DNA of 64,000 nucleotides from Isurus oxyrinchus (Eukaryota). Below, in pieces: positions 52,735 to 64,000 of the stretch. Location: NCBI GenBank assembly GCA_026770705.1, contig JANJGN010000151.1:992001-1056000 (forward strand), given 5' to 3'. Every line of letters begins with the position of its first letter. The first letter of the stretch is position 1. A program made the position numbers and the translations under genes. The notes beneath the pieces are model-generated. The model made no database searches, was not told the origin of the DNA, and worked only from the letters and a program-made list of their open reading frames with translations.

Positions 52735-53034
52735 GTATCCGGGCCAGCATTGTGCTAACCCAACCGGATTCCATCTCCAAAAACATTGGTGACTCTCTCC
52801 AACTGTCTTGTGCGGTGAGTGGGTACGATATCAACCAACATCATATGCACTGGATTAGAGAGGTTGCCGGGGGAGGGTTGGAATCCATACTCGCTTATAG
52901 GAAAGGGTACAACACCTCTTACGTGCCTGGAGTTCAAAGTCGAATCACTTTTTCAACTGAATCTTCCACAACCTATGTTGAGTTGAATAATTTGAAAACC
53001 GAGGACACGGCCATCTATTACTGTGCGAGGCACT
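52735..53034 (+). CDS. IGHV: Immunoglobulin heavy-chain-type (IgW-like/TCR-associated Ig-like) V exon
   Basis: IRASIVLTQPDSISKNIGDSLQLSCAVSGYDINQHHMHWIREVAGGGLESIL...RITFSTESSTTYVELNNLKTEDTAIYYCARH; open frame. Confidence 0.93.
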
Positions 53035-53072
53035 CACGGTGAGAGAAACCAAGGCTGGACCAGGAAAAAACA
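53035..53072 (+). other. 22/23-spacer RSS of the VH
   Basis: CACGGTG + 22 bp + GAAAAAACA. Confidence 0.85.
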
Positions 53073-53405
53073 GAACGAGGGGGAATCTAAACGCTCCAGG
53101 CAGAACACCTCGTTCAGAAACAATGTTCATAATACAGTCTGACTCTGAACCTCGAGTTACCCCTTAACAAATGAATTTCAGCAAAACAATTGTGTGCTTT
53201 CTCATGTGTATTATGTATAGCAAAAATGTTTGGAGACCCAGGGGCTAACGTTTCAACAATATGCTATTGAAGGATTTTAGAAGGACTGGCGATACATTCC
53301 TATCAGTTGGAATGAATCTATCCTGAACATTTCTCATCGTTGACAGTAAAGCAAACGCTCGTGAAATGGAGTCTGAAAGTCAGGATTTGATCAGAAAGGG
53401 AATGC

Positions 53406-53480
53406 AGTATTTGTGCGGGCGTGTGTCACTGTGATACTATGGGGTGGGGTATCACATTACTAACTGTCAATACAAAAAAC
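53406..53480 (+). other. IGHD: D segment (53434-53452) flanked by 12/12 RSSs
   Basis: AGTATTTGT-12-CACTGTG [ATACTATGGGGTGGGGTAT] CACATTA-12-ACAAAAAAC. Confidence 0.92.
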
Positions 53481-53808
53481 CCGACAGAACTTATAGGCTT
53501 AGTCTGGATCACTGGCTGCGAGTATGAGTTCGCTATACATGTGGTGAAGCAGTGTTGATATTGTAATCCAGAACTGAAACCCTCGCCGGGTTTAAGAGAG
53601 AGAGAGAGAGAACTGCTAGATAATTATTCAGGAATCAGTTGGTGATTGGAAGAAGCATTCAATTTGAGCAATCAAATGAGGAAAGACTGATGTATAAACA
53701 TGAAAATTAATGAAATTGTACCTTTGTAATGCTTTAGAAATCTATTGTTAGTTGTGCGATGTTACTTTCTAAAAGAATGGCCTCTTTCCTCAATTTTATG
53801 CAGGACCC

Positions 53809-53847
53809 ATTTATTGTGTGGCCCATTGCAGGGAATGTAACACAGTG
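53809..53847 (-). other. 23-spacer RSS of the JH
   Basis: ATTTATTGT + 23 bp + CACAGTG on the + strand. Confidence 0.88.
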
Positions 53848-53901
53848 GTACTGATAGCCTTGACTACTGGGGACAAGGTACCAAAGTTACAGTGACGGCA
53901 G
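53848..53901 (+). CDS. IGHJ: IgH-type J segment
   Basis: TDSLDYWGQGTKVTVTA + G, phase-1 donor GTAAGA. Confidence 0.95.
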
Positions 53902-55349
53902 GTAAGAAACATGCACTATCTTAATAATTAGGTTATATTCCTGTCTTTATCTTAAATTATGTTTTTTTTTTAATTAATTATTTTGGCCATCCATTATAAT
54001 TAGTGGGCTCTTTAAGTTTGAATGCAATGTTACTTGTGATTGTGCTCAAGGTGCTGTTAGAATAAAGCGACTGTTCCAGAGTAGGTGCCGGTCTGGGGTC
54101 GAACCTCTGACTAAATTGTTGATGTTATACGGACAGAATCTGACAACAGTAAACAAATGAGTTCTGTGACAGTCTATGTCTCTGGCCCTTTTCATGATAT
54201 ATTGATATTCTTTGAGATGATGTGATACCGTAGTATTGTGATAGAGTTGAACATTCGCGAATCTTCGCTGTGAAACACAGAACTATTTCAAATAGACCAT
54301 TGCTAAGTCCGTCATTTGAAATACACTCCGAGAGCAGATCGGTTTTATGTCATGTTATTATGTTTTACAATGTGGATAATTTACCGCGAGCATCTAGTGA
54401 GAAAAGAACATTAGAATCACAGATCATTTCAATGTGATTTTATTGAAGAAAGAAAAGCATTTGCCAGTTGTGCGTAACTCTTGGAACGATACATGATATA
54501 TTCATAAAAAAGCAAAATACTGTGGATGCTGGAAATCTGAACTAAAAACAGAAAATGCAGGAACAACTCAGCACGTTTGGCAGCATCTATGGAGAATGAA
54601 ACAAAGTTAACGTTTCGAGATCGTATGGCTCTTCTTCAGAGTTCTGACTCGAAACATTAACACTGTTTCTCACTCAATTTGTTAATATTGATTAAGTTTA
54701 TATTGGAAGCCCTAAATTGAACAGAGTGATGGAGTGTAGTGTGATAGCCTCTAAAACACAAAAGTTATCAGACACAAACAGATGCAAATTTCACATTTGT
54801 TCATCTTATTAAAATACAACAAACATTTACAAATTTCGGAGGTGATTTAGAGAACGATTTAAATTCGTTTTTCCTAATATGTGAAATACGCCCTGAGAAT
54901 AGACGGAGTTTATGCTATATCATTTTGTTCAAAAACATGTAATGTTTATAAGGGTGCAAGCAGATAGTAAGACTGCTCATTTTAAATCAATGAAGTTGAA
55001 TTTACTTCAAATAAAATAACATTAACCAAATGTATTCATATACTGAGTGGACACTAAATATTTTAATATTGATAAAGTATCCTGTTAACCTAACTTGAAC
55101 GCTAAAATCACGCGAATTACCAGGCAGGAGCAGGATTGAAATTGATATTAACTAATACCTTTATAATACAGGATACATGAACGAATGGATATTATCTTGC
55201 ACGAATATTATCTGACAATAATTCGAACTTTTTATCGCATCAAACATAAACAACCTTCTACAATTTCATTGTAAACTGGCCAGGATTACCATGAGTGCAA
55301 ATTCTGAAGGGTTGCAGAGAATATTTAATGATATGATAGAGCCCTGGAG

Positions 55350-57330
55350 TAATAGAGTCACTGTGGGCAGGAAAGCATTCGGGGCATCGAGTGCATGCTG
55401 GACCTCTGTAGAACAAACCAGTTAGTCACACTCCAATGCTGTACCCTCATAGCCCTGGAAGTTTTTGACTTCCCTGTCGTGTCAATCTAATTTCCTTTCT
55501 CAAATCATTGATAGTCTCCACCTTTGCCACCATATTTGGCAACGAGTCATACAATGTGCTTCACAAAAGTCTCTTCCTCACACTGCCAGTACCTTTTTGT
55601 CAAAAACTTTACAACACGTGTCCCAAAACTCTTGAACTATTAATTAATGAAAACACCTTTTCTTTGCCTATTTCTGTGACACTTTTTATATTTTTTGTAC
55701 ATTTTATCAAATCTCCCCTTACTCTCCTTTACTCCAAGGACAACCCAGCTTCTCCAATATAACATTGTAGCTGAATTTCCTTAAGCCTAGAAGCATTCTG
55801 GTAAATCCCCTCTGCATCTTTTCAAGGACAGCCACAGCGTTCCTAAAGTGTGGTTACCAGAACTGGATGCAAAACTCAATTTTCTACCTCACCAGTGATT
55901 TATTAAGGATCAGCATAATTTTCCTGATTTTGTACTCAATTCCTTTATTTATGACGCCCAAGATCCAAATACATTGCTAAATGATCTCTCAATATGCCCT
56001 GCCACATTCAAAGGTCGATGCATATGGACCTCAGGTCCCTCTCCCATCGTGCATTCTTTAGAACGGTACCTTTAAATCTATATTGCCCCTCCCAGGCTCT
56101 ACTGCGAAAATGCATCACCTCTCAATTCTGTGTTAAATTCAATCAGAACTTGTTTACCCCTCTGCTAGCCCATCTAGTTTCTGTTGCAACCGCTCGTATC
56201 ACACTCACTGTTTGTGACACCTCAAGACTTGGTATCATCCACATATTTTGAAACTTCATTCCGCATTCCAATGTCCAAGGCATAGAATCTCAATTTATTG
56301 CATTTGATCTGCTTTTTACTTGATCAATTTTGCTGATATGCATTATGCACCCTCTATTTTGTTTAATCACATTTACTATCTCCCCCTCCATCCAAGGAGC
56401 AATGACTTTGGTTCTCCTACGTTTTGCTCTTATTGGAATGTAACAAGGTTGCACCGAAAATATCTTGTCCTTAAAATCATCCGTTGTTCCGTTGCTGCTT
56501 TTTCTCTCAGTCTTTGGTTCTATTTTAACTAAATCCCCTCACATTACATTAAATTTAGTCCTCTTCCAATTTAGAAGTTTTACTTTAGATTGTTACTTGC
56601 TGTTCTGTATTACTAGTCAGAACCATATGACACGATGATCACTTCTATTCATGTGTTTTCCACAGACATTTAGCCCATGTAATCCATGTTATTCCGCAAC
56701 CCAAACTCCAGTAATTCCTCCTTCCTGGTTGGGCCGGAAGCAGACTGGATAAGGAATTCGCCCTGAACACATTTCCTAAATTCCTCCCACTCCTTATCCT
56801 TCCCTAAAACATTATTTCAATCGACATTTGGGTAATCAGAAAGTCCCAAAATAACACAAGTATTTGCATCTCTGTGATTTCCCGACAGATTCGCTCTCCT
56901 TTTTTCTTTCTCTCTCACTCCTGCCTCTCTTTCACTCTTTCTCCCCACCACCCCACCCCCACCCCACCCCCCACCCCCACTCTCTCCCACTCATCCCCCT
57001 CTCTCTCTCTCTCTTTCGGACTCTCCATTTGGCCAATACAATACCCTTCACAGTGTGGTCAACCCTTTTCCACTTCTCAGCTCGAACCAAATTGATTCTT
57101 CTGTTGTCGCCTCAAGGACATCCACTCCTTCCAACACTGTAATGTCTTTCCCAGTCAACACCGCAACCCCACCTCCTCTTCGCCCTCCCCTGTCTTCGTG
57201 CTTACCATTTCTAAGCCGGATTTCCCTCATAGTTACTACATCATTGTCCAAACGGATATTTGTGATTGCAACTCACCAACTTTATTCACCAGACTCTTTG
57301 CTCTCACATACCCACATTTCAAACCTATCT
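55350..57330 (-). mobile_element. CR1-type LINE fragments (RT C-terminus and endonuclease parts)
   Basis: Reverse-complement CR1 3' sequence at 55350-56280 and DRGGRRGGGVAVL..EESIWFELRSGKG (APE domain) at 57048-57251. Confidence 0.75.
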
Positions 57331-57529
57331 TTGGATTGCCCGTCAACCATTTTAGTCCATTCTATCTGATAGGATGCTATTTCATTTTCTATTAATATCC
57401 AACGCTCTACCTCAATTTATGTATTTTATTAACCTGTTCTCCTAAGATATGTTGATGTCCACCCGCCCTCCACCCCCGCAAATTTAGTTCAAAACATCTC
57501 CAGCAACTCTAGTGAATGTTTTTCTTCGT

Positions 57530-59700
57530 TCTTTCATGTGGGCGGCGCTAGCTAGACCACCGTTGATTGCCTATTCATATTGGCCTTAAGAACCTGGTTA
57601 TTAGTTGTCTCCTTGAACCGCTGCAGTCCATGTGGCCTAGACGCTCAAGCAGTGCTGTGAGAAAGACAGTTCCAAGGTATTAACTTGGTGCCAGCGAAGG
57701 AATAGTGGTGTGGTACCAAGTCGAGATATGTGTGCCGTTTGCAGGGTAATTTGCAGGTGATGGTGTTCACATGCATTTGCTGCCCATGTCCTTCTAGGTG
57801 GCACAGGTCACTTGTTTGGAAGGTACTGTCGAAGGAGCCTTAGTGAGTTGCTGCGGTGCATAATTTAGATGATATACGCTGCTGCCACCATGCATTAGTG
57901 GTGGAGCGAGTGACTGCTAAAGGTAGTGGATAGAGGGCAGGGGTCGCAGTCAAGCGGACAGCATTTTCCTGGACGGTGTCGAGCTTCTTGAGTGTTTTAT
58001 GGGCTGTGCTCGCCCAGGCGAGTGGACAGCATGCCATCACACTCCTGACTTATGTCTTGTAGATGGTGGACAGGATTTGGACAGTCAGGTAGTAAGTACC
58101 TCGCTACCGAATTCCCGGCCTCTGAACTGCCTTTGTCGCCAAAGCACTGCTATGCATTGTCCACTTCTGTTTTGGGGAAATGGCTATCTCAAAGATGTTG
58201 ATAGTGGAGGATTCAGCGGTGGTAATGCCATTGAATGTGAAGGGGAGATGGTTGGATAAGCTTTTGTTGGATATGTTCGTTGCTTGGCAATGGTGTGGCG
58301 AGAATGGTATTTGTCACTTATAAGCTCAAGCCAGAATGTTGTTCTTGTCTTGCTGCAGCATTTGGACACATACGGCTGCAGTGTCTGAGGAGTCACGGGT
58401 TGTGTTGAACATTGTGCAATCATCAGCAAACATCCCCACCTTATAATGGAGGGCGGTTCATTGCTGATGCAGCTGAAGATAGTTTGGCCTAGGCCACTAC
58501 CCCGAGGAACTCCTGCACTGATGTCCTGGAACTGAGATGGTTGACCTTCAAAAGCAATCATCTTCATTTGTGCTAGGCATAGCTCCAGTCAGTGGAAAGT
58601 TTTCTCCTGATTCCCATTGACTCCACTTTTGCTACGGCTCCCTGATGACCTAGTCAGTCAAAAGCTGCCTTGTCGTCAAGAGCCGTCATTCTCACTTCAC
58701 ATCTTCCTTTCTGCTATTTTGTCCTTGTTTGAACTAAAGCTGTAATAAGGCCAGGAGCTGAGTGGCCATGAAGGACCTCAAACTGAGCGCCAGTGAACAG
58801 GTTATTACTGAGTTACTGACGCTTGATAGCACTGTCAATGACACTTTCCAACGGTCTGCTAATGATCGAGAGCAGACTGATGGTTCAGTAATTGACCTGG
58901 TTGGATTTGTCCTGCTTTTTCCGCACAAGACACACTGGGAAATGTTCCACATTGCCGGATAGATGCCACTGTTGTAACTGTGCTGGAACGGCTCGGCTAG
59001 CGGTGTGTCTCATCCTGGAGCACTGCTTTTGCAGTATGCAGTGCCTTCAGCCATTTCTTGATATCACGTGTTTTGAATCGATTTGGCTGAAGACTGGCAT
59101 CTGTGATGCTGGATACCTCAGGACCAGGCCGAGATGGATTACCCATTCGGCACTTCTGGTGTAAGGTTGTTGTAAATGATTCAGCCTTGCATTTTGCACT
59201 CATGTGCTGGGCTGCTCCATCACTGAGGATGGGGATATTTGTGGAGCCTCCTCCCCATATTCATTGTTGAATTGTCTATCGCCAGTCACGGCTAGAAGTA
59301 GCAGGATTGAACAGCTCAGATCTGATCCATTGGTTGTGGGATTGCTTAGCTTTGTCTATAGCATACTGATTCCACTCATTGACACACAAGTAGTCCTATG
59401 TTGTAGCTTCACCAGCGTGACGCCTTACTTTTAGGTATGCCTGGTGCTACTCTTGGATTGCCCTCCTGCACTCTCCATTGAACGAGGGTTCATGCCCCGG
59501 TTTGAAGGTAATGGTGGAGTAGGAGATATACCAGGCCATGAGGTTACAAATTGTGATTGTGTACATTTGTGCTGTTTCTGATGGCCCAGTGCCTCAAGGT
59601 TGCACTGTCTTGAGTTGCCTGATCTGTTTGAAATCTATCCCAATTAAAGCGGTGGTAGTGGCACAAAACACGGTGGAGGTGTCTTCAATGTGAACACGTG
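57530..59700 (-). mobile_element. CR1/L2-group LINE, RT region
   Basis: GQPSQFQDISAGVPRGSGLGQTIFSCISN; LAWASTAHKTLKKLDTVQENAVRL; DIKKWLKALHTAKA. Confidence 0.8.
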
Positions 59701-60564
59701 TGCATTACGTTAAAACGTGAATTAATTGAGAAAACATTTCCCTTGGAAGGTGTCCGAGTTTATAACCTGTGACTCCAGACTTTAATGCATTAACTTTCTG
59801 TTATTTCCCTTGATAGTTTTAGAGGTTATATTTTTGAAATTATTTCATGCAAGGTGGGTATCACTGGCAAGGCCAGCATTTGCTGCCCACCCCAAATTGC
59901 CTTGGATTGAATTGTGTCCCTTACTATTTCAGATGTCAGTTAAGAGTAACCCACATTGCTGTGAGTCTGGAGTCACATGTAGACCAGACCAGATCAGGAT
60001 GGCAGATTCGCTTCCCTAACAGACATTAATAAAACAGATGGCCCTTTATGACAATCGATCGTAGTTTCATGGTCACCATGATTGAGGCTAGCTTTCGATA
60101 GTTGAATTAATTCCACCATCGCCGTGGTGAGATTTGAACCTTTGTTCCCAATGTATTACCATGGGCCTCTGGATTACGAGTCCCGTCTCACCCTAAAATT
60201 GTTTAATTATTGAAATATTTAATTATATTATGATAAGCCAGTGGGCAATCTGGTTACAATGTAAAGGTTTCCTAATTTGCTAACTTCTTCTGCCTCAGCC
60301 AGCCCCTCTTCCAGACAGCAATTCCGCTGGCTGTGAATTACTGGATACAATTCTTTTTTATAGAAACCAGATCTAACTCGGTATGCAGCATTATGTAAAG
60401 GGAAGGAAACGTTATTCGACGTCGAAGGGAGGTTTTCAAATGAACAGCAGCTTAATTTAAGTACTTGCAAACTTAATATTGTCGGAAAATTACCATTACT
60501 CAATTAAGATAAATTGCCTTGTTTAATTTGACAAACCATAGAGATTTATTTGCTGAGAGCCAGA

Positions 60565-60968
60565 TTGTTGCACCGTTGGTACCTGTTTCTGTGTGTCTGC
60601 TCTGTGTGCAGATCAGGAATCCACCCGGCTGGTTATAAACCTTTTAGCTCATTCTCCTGTATTTCAGAAAGTGCAGTTCGACACATTGATTCAAGAAGGT
60701 TGTATTTCATAGAAAGGTGAAAGCTTGACATAAAGCTTAAGAAGGCGCCTCACAAGCAAGATCACTAATTCAGTGTCTGATATATAGAAGGAACAACTTA
60801 GAAGCACTACATAAAAGGCATAGAAGGATCTCTATTCTGTTCAGAACCAATGCTGTTTCTGACCCACCGTCCCTTGGTGGGCCAGCTTAATGGAAAGCAT
60901 TAAAGAGTAGAGGGAGCTTAATGATCTCCAGCCAACCTTTGCTAAAGTTGACCTTACAGGGTATGAGA
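60565..60968 (+). pseudogene. Decayed V pseudogene with leader remnant
   Basis: Leader-like LLHRWYLFLCVCSVCRS with no ATG or donor; acceptor CTCCTGTATTTCAG at 60667; DTLIQEG..KGESLT*S..; RGSLMISS near 60910; many stops. Confidence 0.45.
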
Positions 60969-61319
60969 GACAATTGTTAATGGGGCGTTACCCTGTCATC
61001 GTCTTGTGTACCGAGGCAATCGCAGTGTTCAAGCAACGTTAATAGCATCGACGTAATAAGGTTGAAGAACTCGAGTCAGCAATACAATATAAATGGTTTC
61101 ATCTCTCGTAAGAAATAACCAAACGTTAGTGAGTTTAAACATCCATCAAAGACTGTCATTTTTAAACAAAGAGATTCATCTTGAATATTAGATAATTACT
61201 TCATAAGATTTGCCTGACCCTGAGCTCAATTTCAGAACAAACGCTTTCAGCAAGTACCTGTAAAGTCCCAGAAAACAGCGCCTGTTAATCGTGGATATTA
61301 TTCCAGCAATTCAAATAGA

Positions 61320-61775
61320 TAGCATGGTATTTCACTCTGTATATAACACAGTAACCCATGCTACACCTGCCCTGAGATGTTGGAGGGAACATTACTCTGT
61401 ATTTAACGTGTGCTACACAATACCTGGGGAATGTTCAATGGTACAGCGTAAAGGGATCCTTGTTCTGTTTTTAGCCTGTGTTTTGCCTCACCGAGGAATG
61501 TTTGATGCAGACACGTTGATGGGACTTTATTCTGCGTATAATCAGTGTTTTACCTGTCAGAGGCGATTTTGTTGGGATGGGACCTTACTCTGTATGTAAC
61601 TGGCACTTTACCTGCCCTGAGAATTTTAAATGGAACAATCGAGAGGGAATATTACTCTGCATCCAATCTGTGCCTGTACCTGCCCTGCGAATGCTGTACG
61701 AGGATCTTTACTTTGTATCCAAGCCGTGTTATGCCTTCCCTGATAATGTTTGCTGCAGCAGTGCAGCGGCAGCTT
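61320..61775 (+). repeat. Degenerate ~65-bp minisatellite
   Basis: Recurring TTACTCTGTAT..AAC..GTGCT..ACCTGCCCTG.GAATGTTTGATGG unit. Confidence 0.7.
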
Positions 61776-61787
61776 CTTTCGAAACCT

Positions 61788-61889
61788 AATCTATTCTTTA
61801 CAAAGACATGAGTACTGACAGTGTGGTGTATTATTGCTCTCTCTGAGACTCACAGTGATGTGGAGCAATCTCACCCCCGTACAGAAACT
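61788..61889 (+). pseudogene. TCR V 3' end with near-consensus 23-RSS
   Basis: SILYKDMSTDSVVYYCSL*; CACAGTG (61851) + 23 + ACAGAAACT. The 5' part is replaced or displaced by the minisatellite. Confidence 0.8.
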
Positions 61890-62269
61890 ACCTCTGGACT
61901 ATAGCTGGGAGCTCCTGTCTCTTTGGGGTTGTGTAGAATCGCGGGCAGATGTCGCCTCAATGTGCAGCCCGCTTTCAGGCGCTGAAACATACATCTAGAG
62001 GAAGCCAATTTAACCTCGGATCAAACTGTCACCCAAATATTTTGAGAAGTGGTTGTGAAAACAAACTGCAGAATCCTATCACACCGATAGGTCGAGCACA
62101 GTTTCAGTGTTCTGATCAGTTGTTTATCCGCTTAATATTTCAAATCAGCTGGGAGAGCGAGGCCGCTAGCACTCAAGCCTCACTCAAAGCACGCCACTGG
62201 GCACAAGGTTAATGAGACTAAGGCTGCCTGAAGCTCAGGGACACACAGAGACAGCAGACTGACGTCACC

Positions 62270-64000
62270 TAGAAACATAGAAACTAGGAGCAGGAGTAGG
62301 CCATTTGGCACTTCGAGCCTCCTCCGCCATTCAATATGATCATGGCTGATCCTTTATCTCAAAGCCATATTCCTGCTTTCTCTCCAAACCTAATATCCAA
62401 AAATGTATCAAATTCATTCTTTCTTGAATATACTCAGTGGCCCGGCCTCCACCATCTTTTTTGGTAGAGAATTCGACAGCTTGAACACCCTCTGGGTGAA
62501 GAAATATTTCCTCATCTCGGTCCTAAATAGCCTGCCCTGCATCCGGAGACAATGGCCCCTGGTTCTAGACGCCTGATCCAGAGGAAACACCCTCTCTGCA
62601 TACAGTCTGTCTAGCCATGTTAGAATTTTTATACGTTTCAATCAGATCCCCTCTCAATCTTGTAACCTCCATTGAATACAGACCACGTTGAACAAATCTC
62701 TCCTCATACTACTCTCCTGCCTTCCCCAGTATCAGCTTAGTGAATCTTTGCTGCACCGCTTCGATGTGAAGTATATCCTTTCTTAAGTAGGGAGACCAAA
62801 ACTGCACGCAATACTCCAGGTGTGATCTCACCAAGGCCTTGTATAACTGTCGTAAGACATCCCCACTTCTGAACTCAAATCCTCTTGCAATAAAGGCCAA
62901 CATACCATTTGTCTTGCTAATTGCTTGCTGCACCTGCCTGCTTACTTTCATTAACTGGTGTACAAGAGCACCCAGATTCCTTTGTACATCCACATTTCCC
63001 GATATATCACCATTTTAGTAATACTCTGACTTTCTGTTTTTCACACCGAAGTGTATAACTTCACATTTATCCATGTTATACTGCATCTGCAATGTGTTTG
63101 CCCACACACACGCAACTTGTCTAAATCTCTCTGAAGCCTCCTTGCATCCCCTTCACAACTCAGAGCCCCTCCCAGATTTGTGCCGTCAGCAAACTTAGAA
63201 ATATTGCATTTGATTGCCTCATCCAAGTTATTTAGATATATCGTGAATAGCTGGGGCCCAAGAACTGATCCCTGCGGTACACCAGTAGTACTGCACACCA
63301 CTAGTCACCTCTTGCCACCCGGAAAAAGGCCCACTTATTCCCACTCTCTGTTTCTGGTCTGTCAACCAACTCTCAGTCCAGGCCAGTATATTATCCCGAA
63401 TCCCATGTACTTAAATTTTGCCGACTAGCATCTTATGTGGGACCTTATAAAAAGTTATCTTGAAATACAAATACACCACACCCACTGGTTCTCCCTTATC
63501 TGTTCTACAAGTTACGTCCTCAAAAACTCCAATAGGTTAGTTAAGCAACATTTCCCTTTCATAAATCCATGCTGACTTTGTCTAATTCGTTCGTGCTTTC
63601 CAAGCGTTCTGTTACCACATATTTTCTAATAGATTCTAGATTTTCTCCACTATTGATGTGCGGCTAATTAGCTTGTAATTCTCTGTCTTTTCCCTCTCTC
63701 CCTTTTTAAATAGTGGGGTTACATTTACCACCCTCCAATCTGTAAGAACTTCTCCAGAGTCCATAGAATTTTGGAAATTGCCCACCAATGCATCCAGCAT
63801 TCCCAGGGCCACTTCATTTAGTTCTCTGGGGTGCAGATTATCAGGCCCTGGAGATTTTTCAGCCTTTAACCCCGTTCATTTCTCGCGCACAACATTTTTA
63901 CTAATACTACTTTTCTTCAATTCCTCCGTCTCACTGGAACCTTGTTTCCCTAACATTTCTGGGAAATTATTTGTGTCCTCTTTTGTAAAAGCTTTTACAG
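62270..64000 (-). mobile_element. CR1-type LINE, RT domain to 3' end
   Basis: [29 protein letters not shown]; LYKALVRSHLEYCVQFWSPYLRKDI; RTEMRKYFFTQRV. Confidence 0.92.

Noticed and set aside
53902-64000. Ig or TCR constant exon downstream of JH
   Set aside because: No C1-set Cys/Trp pattern found in the ORF track or by eye; a short decayed exon could have been missed.

Overview
Non-coding-rich vertebrate DNA, almost certainly from a cartilaginous fish (shark/ray), covering part of the V-segment array of the T-cell receptor alpha/delta locus; species cannot be called from sequence alone. Intact elements, all on +: (1) A NAR-TCR-type cassette: leader 25842-25884, VNAR-like V exon 26029-26322, NAR-type J 26705-26756, and a supporting TCR-delta V exon 29651-29956 with a perfect 23-RSS. 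Unusually, the NAR V carries a 12-spacer RSS after a G-rich D-like extension and no free D is present, which suggests a germline-joined VD. (2) An intact two-exon GPR139/GPR142-like 7TM receptor gene (33249-35520). (3) An immunoglobulin heavy-chain-type (IgW-like) leader-V-D-J mini-cassette (52565-53901) with one 12/12 D, a WGQG J with splice donor, altered VL-contact residues, and no recognisable CH exon in the following 10 kb, only TCR V relics. About nine decayed V segments in both orientations (several at low confidence) are scattered through the window. The rest is CR1-, Tx1-, RTE- and Penelope-type retroelement fragments, SINEs, a dispersed 27/54-bp satellite, microsatellites and two N gaps. 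Repeat boundaries are approximate (read by eye); exon and RSS coordinates were counted base by base.
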